A model generated the notes under the pieces. The model searched no databases and had not been told where the DNA came from. It was given only the letters and a program-made list of their open reading frames with translations. 64,000 nt of DNA from Fidelibacterota bacterium (GTDB lineage: Bacteria; Fidelibacterota; Marinisomatia; Marinisomatales; Marinisomataceae): positions 128,001 through 192,000 of the forward strand of contig OZ243041.1 of NCBI GenBank assembly GCA_965212055.1. Direction: 5' to 3'. Below, one piece after another: positions 20,301 through 29,508 of this stretch. The first letter of the stretch is position 1. Each line of letters opens with the position of its first letter. The translations under genes were made by a program, and so were the position numbers.

Positions 20301-23300
20301 CGGTACAGAAGGAAATGGTACTGGAGATAGAATTCAACCAGGTGGTAAATATCCTGATAGCGAAGACCTAGATAAGTCAGGATTTCTAGATAGGACCAAT
20401 GATTATTTTACTAAAACAATTTCATTGAATGATACAACCTATGTTGCTGGTTCAACAGTTATTGATGATGTTCCAACAGGTTGGAAGCTTGTTAGAATTC
20501 CAATAAGTCATTTTTCAAGAATACAAGATATTACTTTAAGTGAAATAAAATATATACGACTCATCGTATCCGGTGTAAATCAATCGTCCACTTTGGAGAT
20601 AGCAAAAATGGAACTGGTTGGAAATGCATGGGAAGAATTAGGTACTTCATTGGTATCAGAAAATGAATATACTATTCAAGATAGTACTTTTTTAGTGACG
20701 GTTGTTAATGATGAAGATAACCCTGATTATATCCCTCCAAAGGGTGTTTATGGAGAGTATGATGAGATTAATCAGATTAGGTCAAAAGAACAATCTCTTG
20801 TTTTAAGATTTGATAATATGAATCCGAATATTAAGGGAGGTGCAAAAAAAATACTTTCTTCTATGGACGCTAAGAAAGGGCAAAGCTTTTTGATTTACGA
20901 CAAAATGAAAATGTATGTCTATGGGAATAGTTCTGATATCGGAGAAAATGAATCCGATATTGATTTATTTATAGAATTTGGTAATGGAAAAGAATATTAC
21001 AGATTAAGTCAACCAATCTATGATGGGTGGGACGAAGATGAGAATCGCAATTCAATTGATTTAAATTTGGATTGGCTTACTGAATTAAAAAATGTTGATT
21101 CTACCTCTATTGAAAAATTAAACGATAATGATACATTTGTTGATTCTACTGATTATAAGAGATATTCATTTATCAATGAAAATGATGAAGAATATAAAAA
21201 AGTAGAAATTATAGGAAATCCTTCTTTGTCCAGATTACAATATTTTGTCGTGGGCGTTGAAAATAATTCGAATCATCCTATTAGCGGTGAATTATGGTTA
21301 GATGAATTAAGGTTGAGTGGAGTTAAGAAAGAAAAAGGAACAGCTGTAAGACTAAAATCAGAGTTTAACTTATCTGACCTTAATCAAAGTTCATTTTCCT
21401 ATATAAGAAAAGATGCTGATTTCCATATATTGCAAGAGAGGCTTGGGACAAATATTACTACCGAGAGTTTCATTTTCACAAATCAAATGCAATTAGGAAA
21501 ACTTTTTCCGCAAGCTTTGGGTATTACATTTCCATTAAATATGACATATAATATGCAAAACAATACTCCTAAATTTTTACCAGGGACAGATATAAGAACT
21601 AGTGATAGTGCTCCAGATTCGGTTATTACTCAATCTTCCACAATTAGTTTAAATGGTAAAATTTCAAAGAAGATTAAATCAGAAAATCCTTTTATTAGGT
21701 ATACAATAGACAATCTAAGTACTTCTTTTAGTGTGTCTAAACAGAATCGATCTGACGAGATTATGAAAAGTGTTGATACTGATAGATTCACATCTAGTGT
21801 AGATTATAATTTAAAATTTCCAAGCGATAATTATATTCAAGCATTTAAATGGTTAAAAAAAGTTCCAATTGTTGGAGAAAATATGAGTGAAACAAAGTTT
21901 TTCTATACTCCTAGTTCTTTTAGTACCGGTATAAAATTAAATCAGAACCAAGTAGAGAAACAATCACGAGCGACGGATACGATAGTCGATGATTTTAATT
22001 TAGGATTAAATAGGACTTTTACCTTGAGTTATAAAGTTTTTGACAATTTCCAATTTAATTACAATAGAAATGTAGAAACTGATATGGCAGAATATAGAGA
22101 CAAAATTTTTGATGCATTCAAAGACTTAAAAATAGGTGATACAACAAGAAATAATGAGTCATTTGCTTCAAATTTTTCTCCAAAATGGTTTTCTTGGTTT
22201 AAACCAAATTTTGTATACAATACTAATTATTCATGGAATAAACCACAATCTAGCGTTATAGATGGAGCAAATATTGTTTCTGTAAGAAATAATGGGGTTA
22301 ACTTTAGTCTTTCTCCTACCGAAATTTTTGAATTATTTTATACTCCTGCTTCAAAAAGAAATGTTCCTACTCCAAGAACAAGATCTCGAGAAGATCTTGG
22401 GTCTATTTCATTAGAAGACGATGACAACGAATCAGAAACAATCGAAGATTCTAATAATAACAAAAAACCTAAAAAGAAAAAGGAAAGAAAAATTAATAAT
22501 AGCCTTGCAATGGAGCGAATATATGGATGGTCAAAGAAAATAGAACCCTTATCTATTAGTATAAATAACACTACTAATTTGAGCTCTAATGCTATTCAAG
22601 GCAAGGTGCCATTAAAATACAGATTTGGTCTTTCTGATACGCACGGTTTAGATCATGCATCTGAAGTTGGTTTAAATACTGGTGTTGATGATATCAAAAA
22701 ATCATTATCCATCAGAAGTGGAATCAAATTTGATCCAAATACTTCAATGAATATATCTTTTTCTGAAAGTGTATCATCTAATTTAAATGGTTATGGTATT
22801 GATATTCGTTCAATTAATAGAGACTATTTTGCTTATGGAGAACATCTTTCTGATGGTTTACCATTTTCAAACTGGGCTTTCAGAATTGGAGGTCTTGAAA
22901 AGATAAACTTTATTAGTCCTTATGTAAATTCATTATCAATTGAACATGCATTTAATGGGAAACAAACTGTTTCATGGAAATTTAATGACCCTGGAATCGG
23001 TGCCATTGATTTATTGAAAATATCGTCTTTTGTTAGTGACAATGATGATTATATTCAATTTTCTAGAGTATCAAGAAATTTTACTCCTTTAATCGGAATT
23101 ACAACTTCTTTTAAAAATGGAATATCTACTAATATTAGAACAAATGTAGTCCATACACTTGATGAAGTTCCGAATGGATTAACTTATATATCAGAAAATA
23201 GTATACTTGCAAGTCTAACATATAACTTTACAAAAGGTATTCGCGTACCCCTTCCATTTACTGAACGTGATATTTATCTAAAAAATAATATTAACCTTAC

Positions 23301-23532
23301 TTTAAATATAGATGTCAGTGAAAAGAAAGAAGAAGGTTCAAAAGATAAAATTAATTTTGCCGAGCAAAATTTTGTTGATTCATGGAAAACAATTTTAAGA
23401 GTAACTTATACTTTAACAGACAATGTTTCTGGTAGTCTTTTTTATGAATATAGAGTAAATGATACTCGATTGACAGGCAGAAGAACTGACAGGGATTTTG
23501 GAATCAATATAAATGTTGCAATTAGGGGCTAG
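17326..23532 (+). CDS. sprA: SprA/Sov-like giant outer-membrane beta-barrel protein (type IX secretion translocon homolog)
   Basis: About 2070 aa with signal peptide; LNVQGKIG, YQGQEDDILQKLEAGNIS, LFGVK, WDLMFKNVYSLG, YIDDFEG, IDLGKISED, DTGLDG, WLDELRL match recalled SprA motifs; start moved to ATG 17326. Confidence 0.85.
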   Translation: MYRTLLLCYLIFSPSLLFGADNLITNPFYKTKKINFCLNDISNYPIGIFNVKDSFTKYQVDFNIHSNIISISESFLDSQKILPYTSSFDDYFDNFYTLNQKYNLSKPFNFSPSDTTQTRARKDKYVEIADFDIGRLGRASLKVQGNINLQGKLVNQDQELVRSSYKEREQTNFRFTQKQQLNVQGKIGDQVTISLDQNSERDFDWENTVRIDYQGQEDDILQKLEAGNISLSLPATEFVTFSGQNQGLFGVKAFTKLGPMSITSIASLERTKKESQKYKGTSELQTKRIQDYDYKKNLYFFIHDWFRNGATDIIPDNGFQLDVPSYYPLNNGLHPIGNLVVRNFELYKIDASNNPAADPGIAYIDPNDTDYYSDSSKEGAFIRLERGTDYRINEDLGFIRMQSSLQNEIIGAQFDLTDRSTGNVVLSVGSDVGENGNDGLILKMIKPQSSHPNHPTWDLMFKNVYSLGGINIDQTNLSVRIVDNFSTPVSDRSSNGETFLNLFGLDSLSQNGASSPDEIIDLSNPNIVNLVSGEVHFPALLPFVSEGTIVGGNANASLNSLLQEGKMYTTSNRTEYTGDSRFTIEANYTSPKSSINLGFTLVEGSEEIYFNNEKLERGSDYQIDYFSGIIVLNNNIDPNGNLEIVYDKHDLVTFDRKIMVGSRAQVDFDENSFLGMTALYYNQDIVNKKVEVGYEPIQNFIWDINGRYERDLENLSASLNKLNMFDAEKLSRFKLEGEIAQVLPNPNSISNSSTGDGNGVAYIDDFEGSKRITNPSILRRFWHIASAPIDIDTNQSFNQRDRLKMHWYNPFSQVLTNNIWPNVSTSQRAQNLTTDILVLNFEPQEYQTITNPDSLWAGITAPMFVGEYDQTRTKFFEIWLRGDSGKLTIDLGKISEDYDGNGILNNEDIPDAGLALGNGFLEDNEDTGLDGCFDAFEDGWGSCLDSSGSNYQDYLSAGESVLINASSDIDPNDPNADNWNYVEGSSEYEFVNGTEGNGTGDRIQPGGKYPDSEDLDKSGFLDRTNDYFTKTISLNDTTYVAGSTVIDDVPTGWKLVRIPISHFSRIQDITLSEIKYIRLIVSGVNQSSTLEIAKMELVGNAWEELGTSLVSENEYTIQDSTFLVTVVNDEDNPDYIPPKGVYGEYDEINQIRSKEQSLVLRFDNMNPNIKGGAKKILSSMDAKKGQSFLIYDKMKMYVYGNSSDIGENESDIDLFIEFGNGKEYYRLSQPIYDGWDEDENRNSIDLNLDWLTELKNVDSTSIEKLNDNDTFVDSTDYKRYSFINENDEEYKKVEIIGNPSLSRLQYFVVGVENNSNHPISGELWLDELRLSGVKKEKGTAVRLKSEFNLSDLNQSSFSYIRKDADFHILQERLGTNITTESFIFTNQMQLGKLFPQALGITFPLNMTYNMQNNTPKFLPGTDIRTSDSAPDSVITQSSTISLNGKISKKIKSENPFIRYTIDNLSTSFSVSKQNRSDEIMKSVDTDRFTSSVDYNLKFPSDNYIQAFKWLKKVPIVGENMSETKFFYTPSSFSTGIKLNQNQVEKQSRATDTIVDDFNLGLNRTFTLSYKVFDNFQFNYNRNVETDMAEYRDKIFDAFKDLKIGDTTRNNESFASNFSPKWFSWFKPNFVYNTNYSWNKPQSSVIDGANIVSVRNNGVNFSLSPTEIFELFYTPASKRNVPTPRTRSREDLGSISLEDDDNESETIEDSNNNKKPKKKKERKINNSLAMERIYGWSKKIEPLSISINNTTNLSSNAIQGKVPLKYRFGLSDTHGLDHASEVGLNTGVDDIKKSLSIRSGIKFDPNTSMNISFSESVSSNLNGYGIDIRSINRDYFAYGEHLSDGLPFSNWAFRIGGLEKINFISPYVNSLSIEHAFNGKQTVSWKFNDPGIGAIDLLKISSFVSDNDDYIQFSRVSRNFTPLIGITTSFKNGISTNIRTNVVHTLDEVPNGLTYISENSILASLTYNFTKGIRVPLPFTERDIYLKNNINLTLNIDVSEKKEEGSKDKINFAEQNFVDSWKTILRVTYTLTDNVSGSLFYEYRVNDTRLTGRRTDRDFGININVAIRG

Positions 23533-23533
23533 A

Positions 23534-24451
23534 ATGAGATTTGTATTAATAGCAATTATCGTGTTTGGTTGTAGTAAACAACAGGCAGTAGAAGTGCCAC
23601 ATTTTAGTGGGGTAAAGGCATTTGAGTATTTAGAAAAGCAATGTGAATTTGGGCCAAGAAATCCTGGTTCAACTGGTCATAAAGAGTTTGCAAATTATTT
23701 AGAAAATTTTCTTAAAGAACATTCTGATAATATTTTAATTCAAGATTTTGAATACATTGAACCTGTAACAGAAAACTTAAGACAAGGAAAAAATTTTATT
23801 GTTCAGTTTAATCAAACTGCAGAATATAGATTATTAATTGGAGCTCATTGGGATACTCGAGCTGTTTCTGAACAAGATAAAAATATGGAACAGAAAACCC
23901 TTCCAGTCCTTGGAGCAAATGATGGTGCGAGCGGTACAGCAATATTAATGACTCTCTATGATCTGTTTGCAGTTGATGAACCCCCGATTGGTATTGATTT
24001 AGTGTTTTTTGATGCCGAAGATGTTGGTAGATCATTTGAAGGTAATACTTTTGCTGTCGGCTCAGAATTCTTTTCTAAAAATCTTCCTATTGAAAAACCT
24101 GATTTCGCTATTATTGTTGATATGGTTGGAGATAAACAATTGAATCTACCTATTGAAAGATTCTCTTATAATATTGCTCCTAAAAAAGTAAAAGAAATTT
24201 GGGATATGGCAGAAGATCTTTCTTTAAATGCTTTTGAGAAGAGGATTGTTGAAGAAATTTATGACGATCATGTTCCGTTATGGGAAAATGCTCAAATTCC
24301 TGCTATTGATATTATTGATTTTAAATATCCTAATCTGTTTTATAATTATTGGCATACACAACAAGATATACCTGAAAATTGTTCTCCAAAAAGTTTGGAG
24401 CAGGTTGGTACTTTATTATTAAATTATATTTATGTTTCAGATCACAAATAA
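23534..24451 (+). CDS. M28-family glutaminyl-cyclase-like lipoprotein
   Basis: Lipobox VFGC; GAHWD, GANDGASG, DAED, DMVG, DDH, WHT motifs. Confidence 0.8.
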   Translation: MRFVLIAIIVFGCSKQQAVEVPHFSGVKAFEYLEKQCEFGPRNPGSTGHKEFANYLENFLKEHSDNILIQDFEYIEPVTENLRQGKNFIVQFNQTAEYRLLIGAHWDTRAVSEQDKNMEQKTLPVLGANDGASGTAILMTLYDLFAVDEPPIGIDLVFFDAEDVGRSFEGNTFAVGSEFFSKNLPIEKPDFAIIVDMVGDKQLNLPIERFSYNIAPKKVKEIWDMAEDLSLNAFEKRIVEEIYDDHVPLWENAQIPAIDIIDFKYPNLFYNYWHTQQDIPENCSPKSLEQVGTLLLNYIYVSDHK

Positions 24452-25485
24452 ATTGCTATTAATCATTGTTTTTTTAATGAATTGTTCAGGAGGCGGAAGT
24501 TCTTCTACAGGGCCTGATGATGAATCTAATGGTAGCGGTACTGGTGGAAGGAGGAGAGTCTTATACTTTTGCTAATGCCACTAATTTTGATCAAGAAAAT
24601 CAAATAGAAGTGATTTCTTGGAATATTCAAACATTTCCACAGTTAAGTACTACTCCAAATTATGTTAAAAGTTTACTTGAAACTTGGAATGCTGATATTT
24701 ATTTATTTCAAGAAATTATTGATAAAAATACATTAATCAATATGGTAAACTTAATGCCAGAATATTCCTATGTTATTTCTGGTGAGACAAGTAATATGCA
24801 TTTTGCATTAGTTTATAAAAATGCAAATTCAGATTGTTCTGCTTGTGGGATAGTAACATTCAATTATAGCAATGAATTATGGTCTGATACGGCAAACTAT
24901 AATGATAATGATGACGATCCTAATAATAATGCCAAATATCAATTTGCGAGCAGACCTCCTATGGAAAATTTTGTTACTTGGACCAATGGAACTAAATCAG
25001 TTAATCTCTATCTTATTGATATTCATTACAAATGTTGTGGTGATAATACTTTAGATATTTCCAATAAAAGCTCTGAAACAACAAGGAGACATTATGCAAG
25101 TACACTTCTTAGAGATTATGTCATCAATCAAAGAGCGAGTGATTATGTAATGATTGTGGGAGATTTTAACAATATTGGTGAGCAATCTATATCAAATCCT
25201 TCAATTGCTCCATTAACAGATCCTGATCTTAATTCTAATTATTTCAAAATGGCAGACGAACATATTTTCTATCAAAGTAATTCTACTTGGTCATGGCAAG
25301 GGTGGAGAAGTTCTTATGCTCCCTCTCATCTTGATCATGTAATAATTAGTCAACCACTCTTTCAATTTGAATCTGTTTCTGATTCTGGAATAATTGATAT
25401 GCTTACCGAAACTGGGATGTCAGCATATGATATTGATGATAAGCTTTCAGATCATAAACCATCTTATTTTAGATTTTATCCATAA
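24432..25485 (+). CDS. Endonuclease/exonuclease/phosphatase (EEP) lipoprotein, interrupted by a +1 frameshift near 24548
   Basis: ATG 24432 gives lipoprotein signal MFQITNKLLLIIVFLMNC-SGGG; catalytic part (SWNIQ, FQEI, GDFN, HLDH, SDHKP) is in the +1 frame. Confidence 0.75.
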
Positions 25486-25486
25486 A

Positions 25487-26239
25487 GTGAATTATTTTTC
25501 TTTTTTTGCACTATTTCTTTTATTAATAAGTGCAATTTTTTCTCAAGATTTTGAAGAAATTGATTCTAATCTTCTGAGTCGAAATTTTGAAGATACTATT
25601 ATTCCTCTAAATAAATTAAATACAGAATATCCAAAAAATTTAGAAGTATTAGTTCGGCTATCAGCAGCACATCATTTATTGTCAGAAAAAGTGTATGACA
25701 AAGCAATGGATACATATCATCTAGATAAATCACTTCATTATATTACAGAAGCTATAAAAATTGATTCAACAAATGGAGAAATTCATAAATGGTATGCACT
25801 TGCGTATGGGAAAAAACTCGAAAATGCTAATATTAGAACTCAAATTGAAGGTTCTAAAATAATTGCTTTCCATTCCACTGAAGCAATTAAAAAATTACCT
25901 GATGATCCATATTGCTATAATGTAATGGGACAATGGCATTATCGTTTAGCAGATTTAGGAAAAGTATCACGAAAACTAGCACAAATCATTTTTGAAGAAC
26001 CTCCAGAGGGATCATTTGAAGTAGCAGAGTCTTATTTTAAGACAAGTATTGCATTAGAACCAGAATATATAGGTACCTATTATTGGCTCGGAAAAACGTA
26101 TCAGAAGTTAGGTAAATCTGATGATGCTCTATCGGTATTTAAAAAAGGAATTAAATTATTGCCTCCATATAAAAGAGAGGAAGCAATGTATAAAGAAATG
26201 ATTAAAATTCTTGAAAAGAATGACAGAAAAAAATCTTAA
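25487..26239 (+). CDS. Secreted TPR protein resembling eukaryotic RMDN/FAM82
   Basis: GTG 25487 with signal peptide; HKWYA...MGQWHY...R.LA..IF..PP...LGKTY pattern. Confidence 0.7.
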   Translation: MNYFSFFALFLLLISAIFSQDFEEIDSNLLSRNFEDTIIPLNKLNTEYPKNLEVLVRLSAAHHLLSEKVYDKAMDTYHLDKSLHYITEAIKIDSTNGEIHKWYALAYGKKLENANIRTQIEGSKIIAFHSTEAIKKLPDDPYCYNVMGQWHYRLADLGKVSRKLAQIIFEEPPEGSFEVAESYFKTSIALEPEYIGTYYWLGKTYQKLGKSDDALSVFKKGIKLLPPYKREEAMYKEMIKILEKNDRKKS

Positions 26240-27143
26240 AGATATTATTACAAAAAAAGCACTTCAATTAGGATTCGATAAAATTGGTTTTGCTAACCCT
26301 TCTCAGCAGGTTGATCCTAATAATTATTTTGATGAATGGATCCAATCAAATTATCATGGTACAATGAAGTGGATGGAATCAAGAAAAGAAGAACGAAAGA
26401 ATATATTTAATTATTTTCCTGAAGTAAAAACTGTGATTTCATTAGCATTTAATTATTTTACAAAGAGAAGTTCTGAGTTTTCACAAAATTGTAATTCAGA
26501 TATCAAATTTAGTAATTATGCATGGGGGGATGATTATCATAAAGTCATTAAAGACAAGCTCCATCTTATCAAAGATACAATTTCCGATTATGATTTATCT
26601 ATTAAAACCTTGGTTTGTGTAGACACTGCACCGATTATGGAGAAAAAATGGGCAGAAAAAGCAGGTATTGGATGGCAAGGGAAAAATACAAATCTTCTTA
26701 CCAAAGATTTAGGGAGTTGGATATTTTTGGCAGAAATACTTATTGATCAAGAAATGGAGTATGATATTCCTTTTAGTGAAGATCTATGTGGTACATGTAC
26801 GGCATGTATAGATGCATGTCCAACAAATGCTTTGACAGAATATAAAATAGATTCCAATAAATGCATATCTTACCTCACAATCGAATATAGAGGAGACTTT
26901 GAAGATGTGAACTTACATCAATGGATTTATGGATGTGATATTTGTCAAGAAGTGTGTCCATGGAATATTAAATTTGAGCAAGTGAAAGAAGATCAACAAT
27001 TTGAACCAAGAGAATCACTAGTACAATTTTTTAAAAAAGATTGGAAAAATCTAAATCAAGATAACTTCAAGTCTGGTTTTTCTAATTCTGCCGTCAAAAG
27101 AACGAAGTATAACGGATTAAAAAGGAATATTGAATCCTTATAG
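26220..27143 (+). CDS. queG: tRNA epoxyqueuosine reductase
   Basis: YAWGDDYH, VDTAP.MEK, CGTCTACIDACP, GCDICQEVCPWN. Confidence 0.95.
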   Translation: MTEKNLKDIITKKALQLGFDKIGFANPSQQVDPNNYFDEWIQSNYHGTMKWMESRKEERKNIFNYFPEVKTVISLAFNYFTKRSSEFSQNCNSDIKFSNYAWGDDYHKVIKDKLHLIKDTISDYDLSIKTLVCVDTAPIMEKKWAEKAGIGWQGKNTNLLTKDLGSWIFLAEILIDQEMEYDIPFSEDLCGTCTACIDACPTNALTEYKIDSNKCISYLTIEYRGDFEDVNLHQWIYGCDICQEVCPWNIKFEQVKEDQQFEPRESLVQFFKKDWKNLNQDNFKSGFSNSAVKRTKYNGLKRNIESL

Positions 27144-27884
27144 TTTTTTTACCTTTTTATATTCTTTTGGAATTTGAAATATATCTGGCAATAAATCATT
27201 CTTAGAATATTTGAATAGAACATAGGTAAAAGTTCCATCTTCTACCGTAGTTTGATATTTAACAATAAGAGCATCTTTATTAATTCCACCTTTTTCAAAT
27301 GGAATAGGTATTTGTTCGAAACCTAGATTTGGTGGGATTGTTCCTCCAAAAAGATTCTCTAATTTTTTAAGAGTTGAGCCAACGATTGGAGAGTTTAAAG
27401 TTTTTTCTGTAAACCATAAGAATAGTTCTATTTCCTCTTCTTCTACTGTTATGGTAGCTTTTTTTGTTTCAAAATCATTTACGATTTCAATTTCTTCTGC
27501 GATGCTAAATACCACATCCAAATCATCTGTTTCATTTTCATCATTGTCTGGTGGTCCCCCGCGGTTTTCATCTCCTATGTCTTCTAAAAATTTTGACACT
27601 GTATATGTTACAAATTTCTTTTTTCTATGATTTATTCTTGTAATTGTAGAATCTTTCAATGATACAATATATCCTTCTTCTCTTTTGATATTAATTAAGC
27701 GAAATATTTTAATATTAAAATTACTTCTTAAATAATAAGTATCATCAGAAAAGTATCTATCGATTGCTCCATTCATTGTGCCTTGTGAGAACGATCCATT
27801 TATCTCTTCTTTAATAAGCAGATTAGATTGTCCATTCAGGCTATATGAGAAGCATAAGAATAGTAAAAAAATAATTTTTTTCAA
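27138..27884 (-). CDS. Secreted hypothetical protein (DUF4412-like)
   Basis: TTG start at 27884 gives signal MKKIIFLLFLCFSYSLNG-Q; C-terminal FQIPKEYK. Confidence 0.6.
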   Translation of the reverse strand: MKKIIFLLFLCFSYSLNGQSNLLIKEEINGSFSQGTMNGAIDRYFSDDTYYLRSNFNIKIFRLINIKREEGYIVSLKDSTITRINHRKKKFVTYTVSKFLEDIGDENRGGPPDNDENETDDLDVVFSIAEEIEIVNDFETKKATITVEEEEIELFLWFTEKTLNSPIVGSTLKKLENLFGGTIPPNLGFEQIPIPFEKGGINKDALIVKYQTTVEDGTFTYVLFKYSKNDLLPDIFQIPKEYKKVKKL

Positions 27885-27888
27885 ATTA

Positions 27889-28824
27889 TTATAAACCAGT
27901 TTCTTGAACTGTTTTTTTAACTTCGGTAAGTGTGTTATCGAGAGCATTTTTTTCTTCACTATTTAGTTCAAATGTGAGAATTCTTTCTACGCCATCACAA
28001 CCAATAACGGTTGGTACCCCGATAAAATATCCATTGATTCCAAATTCACCTTCGCATAGCGAAGCACAAGGAATAACACGTTTTTTATCTCTAATAAAAC
28101 TTTCAATCATTTCTACTGCAGATTGTGCAGGAGCATAAAATGCAGATCCCTTGCCAAGAAGTTTGACTATTTCACCACCACCAAATCTTGTTCGTTCTTC
28201 GATTTCATTAATTTTTTCTTCATTTAATAATGAAGTTAAAGGCACTCCACCAACGTTGGCTAATCGACTTACTGGTACCATAGTGTCTCCATGTCCACCA
28301 AGAACCATACAAGTAACGTCTTGAGAAGAAAGATTTGTTTCTTCTGCGATAAAAGACCTAAATCTTGCACTATCAAGTGCTCCTGCCATACCAACAACTT
28401 TGTTCTTTTTAAATCCTGAAACTTTATAAAATGAATATACCATAGCATCTAAAGGATTTGATACAACGATAACAAATGCATCTGGAGCATGTGTTTTTAC
28501 TTCATTGGCTACATTTGTCATAATAGATAAGTTTTTATTAAGTAAATCTTCTCGATTCATACCAGGTTGTCTAGGAAATCCTGCAGTAATAACAACTACA
28601 TCAGAATTTTTTATTGTTTTAAAATCTGATGATCCACTTAGTTTACAATCAAATCCATCATGAGGAAGGAGTTGAGCTATATCTAATGCTTTCCCCTTTA
28701 CAAAATTTTCAGCTTCAGGAATATCAATAATAGCAATATCTCCTAATTCTTTTTGAGCTACTAGAAGGGCAATATTACCACCAACTTGTCCACCCCCGAT
28801 TAGTGCTATTTTTTTCCTTGGCAT
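27889..28824 (-). CDS. mdh: Malate dehydrogenase (LDH-like)
   Basis: GGGQVG, TAGFPRQPGMNREDLL, SNPLD, LDSARF, GGHGD. Confidence 0.95.
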   Translation of the reverse strand: MPRKKIALIGGGQVGGNIALLVAQKELGDIAIIDIPEAENFVKGKALDIAQLLPHDGFDCKLSGSSDFKTIKNSDVVVITAGFPRQPGMNREDLLNKNLSIMTNVANEVKTHAPDAFVIVVSNPLDAMVYSFYKVSGFKKNKVVGMAGALDSARFRSFIAEETNLSSQDVTCMVLGGHGDTMVPVSRLANVGGVPLTSLLNEEKINEIEERTRFGGGEIVKLLGKGSAFYAPAQSAVEMIESFIRDKKRVIPCASLCEGEFGINGYFIGVPTVIGCDGVERILTFELNSEEKNALDNTLTEVKKTVQETGL

Positions 28825-28826
28825 TT

Positions 28827-29081
28827 TTAATTCTTGTCAATTACGCTTACAAAGGTATTTTTACCTTTTTTGCTAAACTTTACAATTCCATTAGATGTTG
28901 CAAATAAAGAATCATCATTTGATCTTTTTACATTACGTCCAGGATGATATTTTGTGCCTCTTTGTTTAACAATGATACTTCCAGATAGAATTGCTTGGCC
29001 ATCAGTAGTTTTAATACCGAGTCTTTTTGATACAGAATCTCTTCCATTTCTTGAACTTCCTTGTCCTTTTTTATGAGCCAT
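28827..29081 (-). CDS. rpmA: 50S ribosomal protein L27
   Basis: [16 protein letters not shown]. Confidence 0.98.
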   Translation of the reverse strand: MAHKKGQGSSRNGRDSVSKRLGIKTTDGQAILSGSIIVKQRGTKYHPGRNVKRSNDDSLFATSNGIVKFSKKGKNTFVSVIDKN

Positions 29082-29093
29082 ATATCTACCTCT

Positions 29094-29471
29094 TTATTTC
29101 TTCTTTTTAACGCTTGCAGCAGCTTTCTTTTTTGTAGCGCTCGCAGCTTTCTTTTTTGTACCGGTGATTGATTGAATTTGAATCATAGTTAAGTCTTGTC
29201 TATGACCATTTTTTCTTTGATAACCTTTTCTTCTTTTTTTCTTGATTACAAGCACTTTATCAGCTCTTGTATGATCAACAACTTTAGCACTGACTTTATA
29301 ACTGCTTAATTCTTTCGGATTAAAGATATTAGTATTTTTGTCTAATACTGCTTTAATATTATCAAATTTTACAATCTTACCTGTTTCTAAGTCAATTTTG
29401 GAATCAACCACAACAGTATCACCCTTAGAAACCTTATATTGTTTTCCATATATTTCTACAATTGCAATCAT
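29094..29471 (-). CDS. rplU: 50S ribosomal protein L21 with Lys/Ala-rich tail
   Basis: GKQYKV, KRRKGYQRKNGHRQ; adjacent to rpmA. Confidence 0.97.
   Translation of the reverse strand: MIAIVEIYGKQYKVSKGDTVVVDSKIDLETGKIVKFDNIKAVLDKNTNIFNPKELSSYKVSAKVVDHTRADKVLVIKKKRRKGYQRKNGHRQDLTMIQIQSITGTKKKAASATKKKAAASVKKKK
29119..29160. repeat. 18-bp direct repeat (period 24) encoding the L21 tail
   Basis: GCAGCTTTCTTTTTTGTA at 29119-29136 and 29143-29160. Confidence 0.9.
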
Positions 29472-29479
29472 AGCGTGCG

Positions 29480-29508
29480 AACTTAATAGCTAATTTATTC
29501 CCTTTCAA
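29480..29508 (-). promoter_or_regulatory. Sigma70-type promoter for rplU, probably leaderless
   Basis: TTGAAA-N17-TAAGTT-N8-ATG on the minus strand; no SD. Confidence 0.6.

Noticed and set aside
20010..20400. Asp/Gly-rich pseudo-repeats in SprA as a possible mobile insertion or intein
   Set aside because: No DNA-level repeat or intein termini; acidic DxGLDG-type loops are expected in SprA-like proteins
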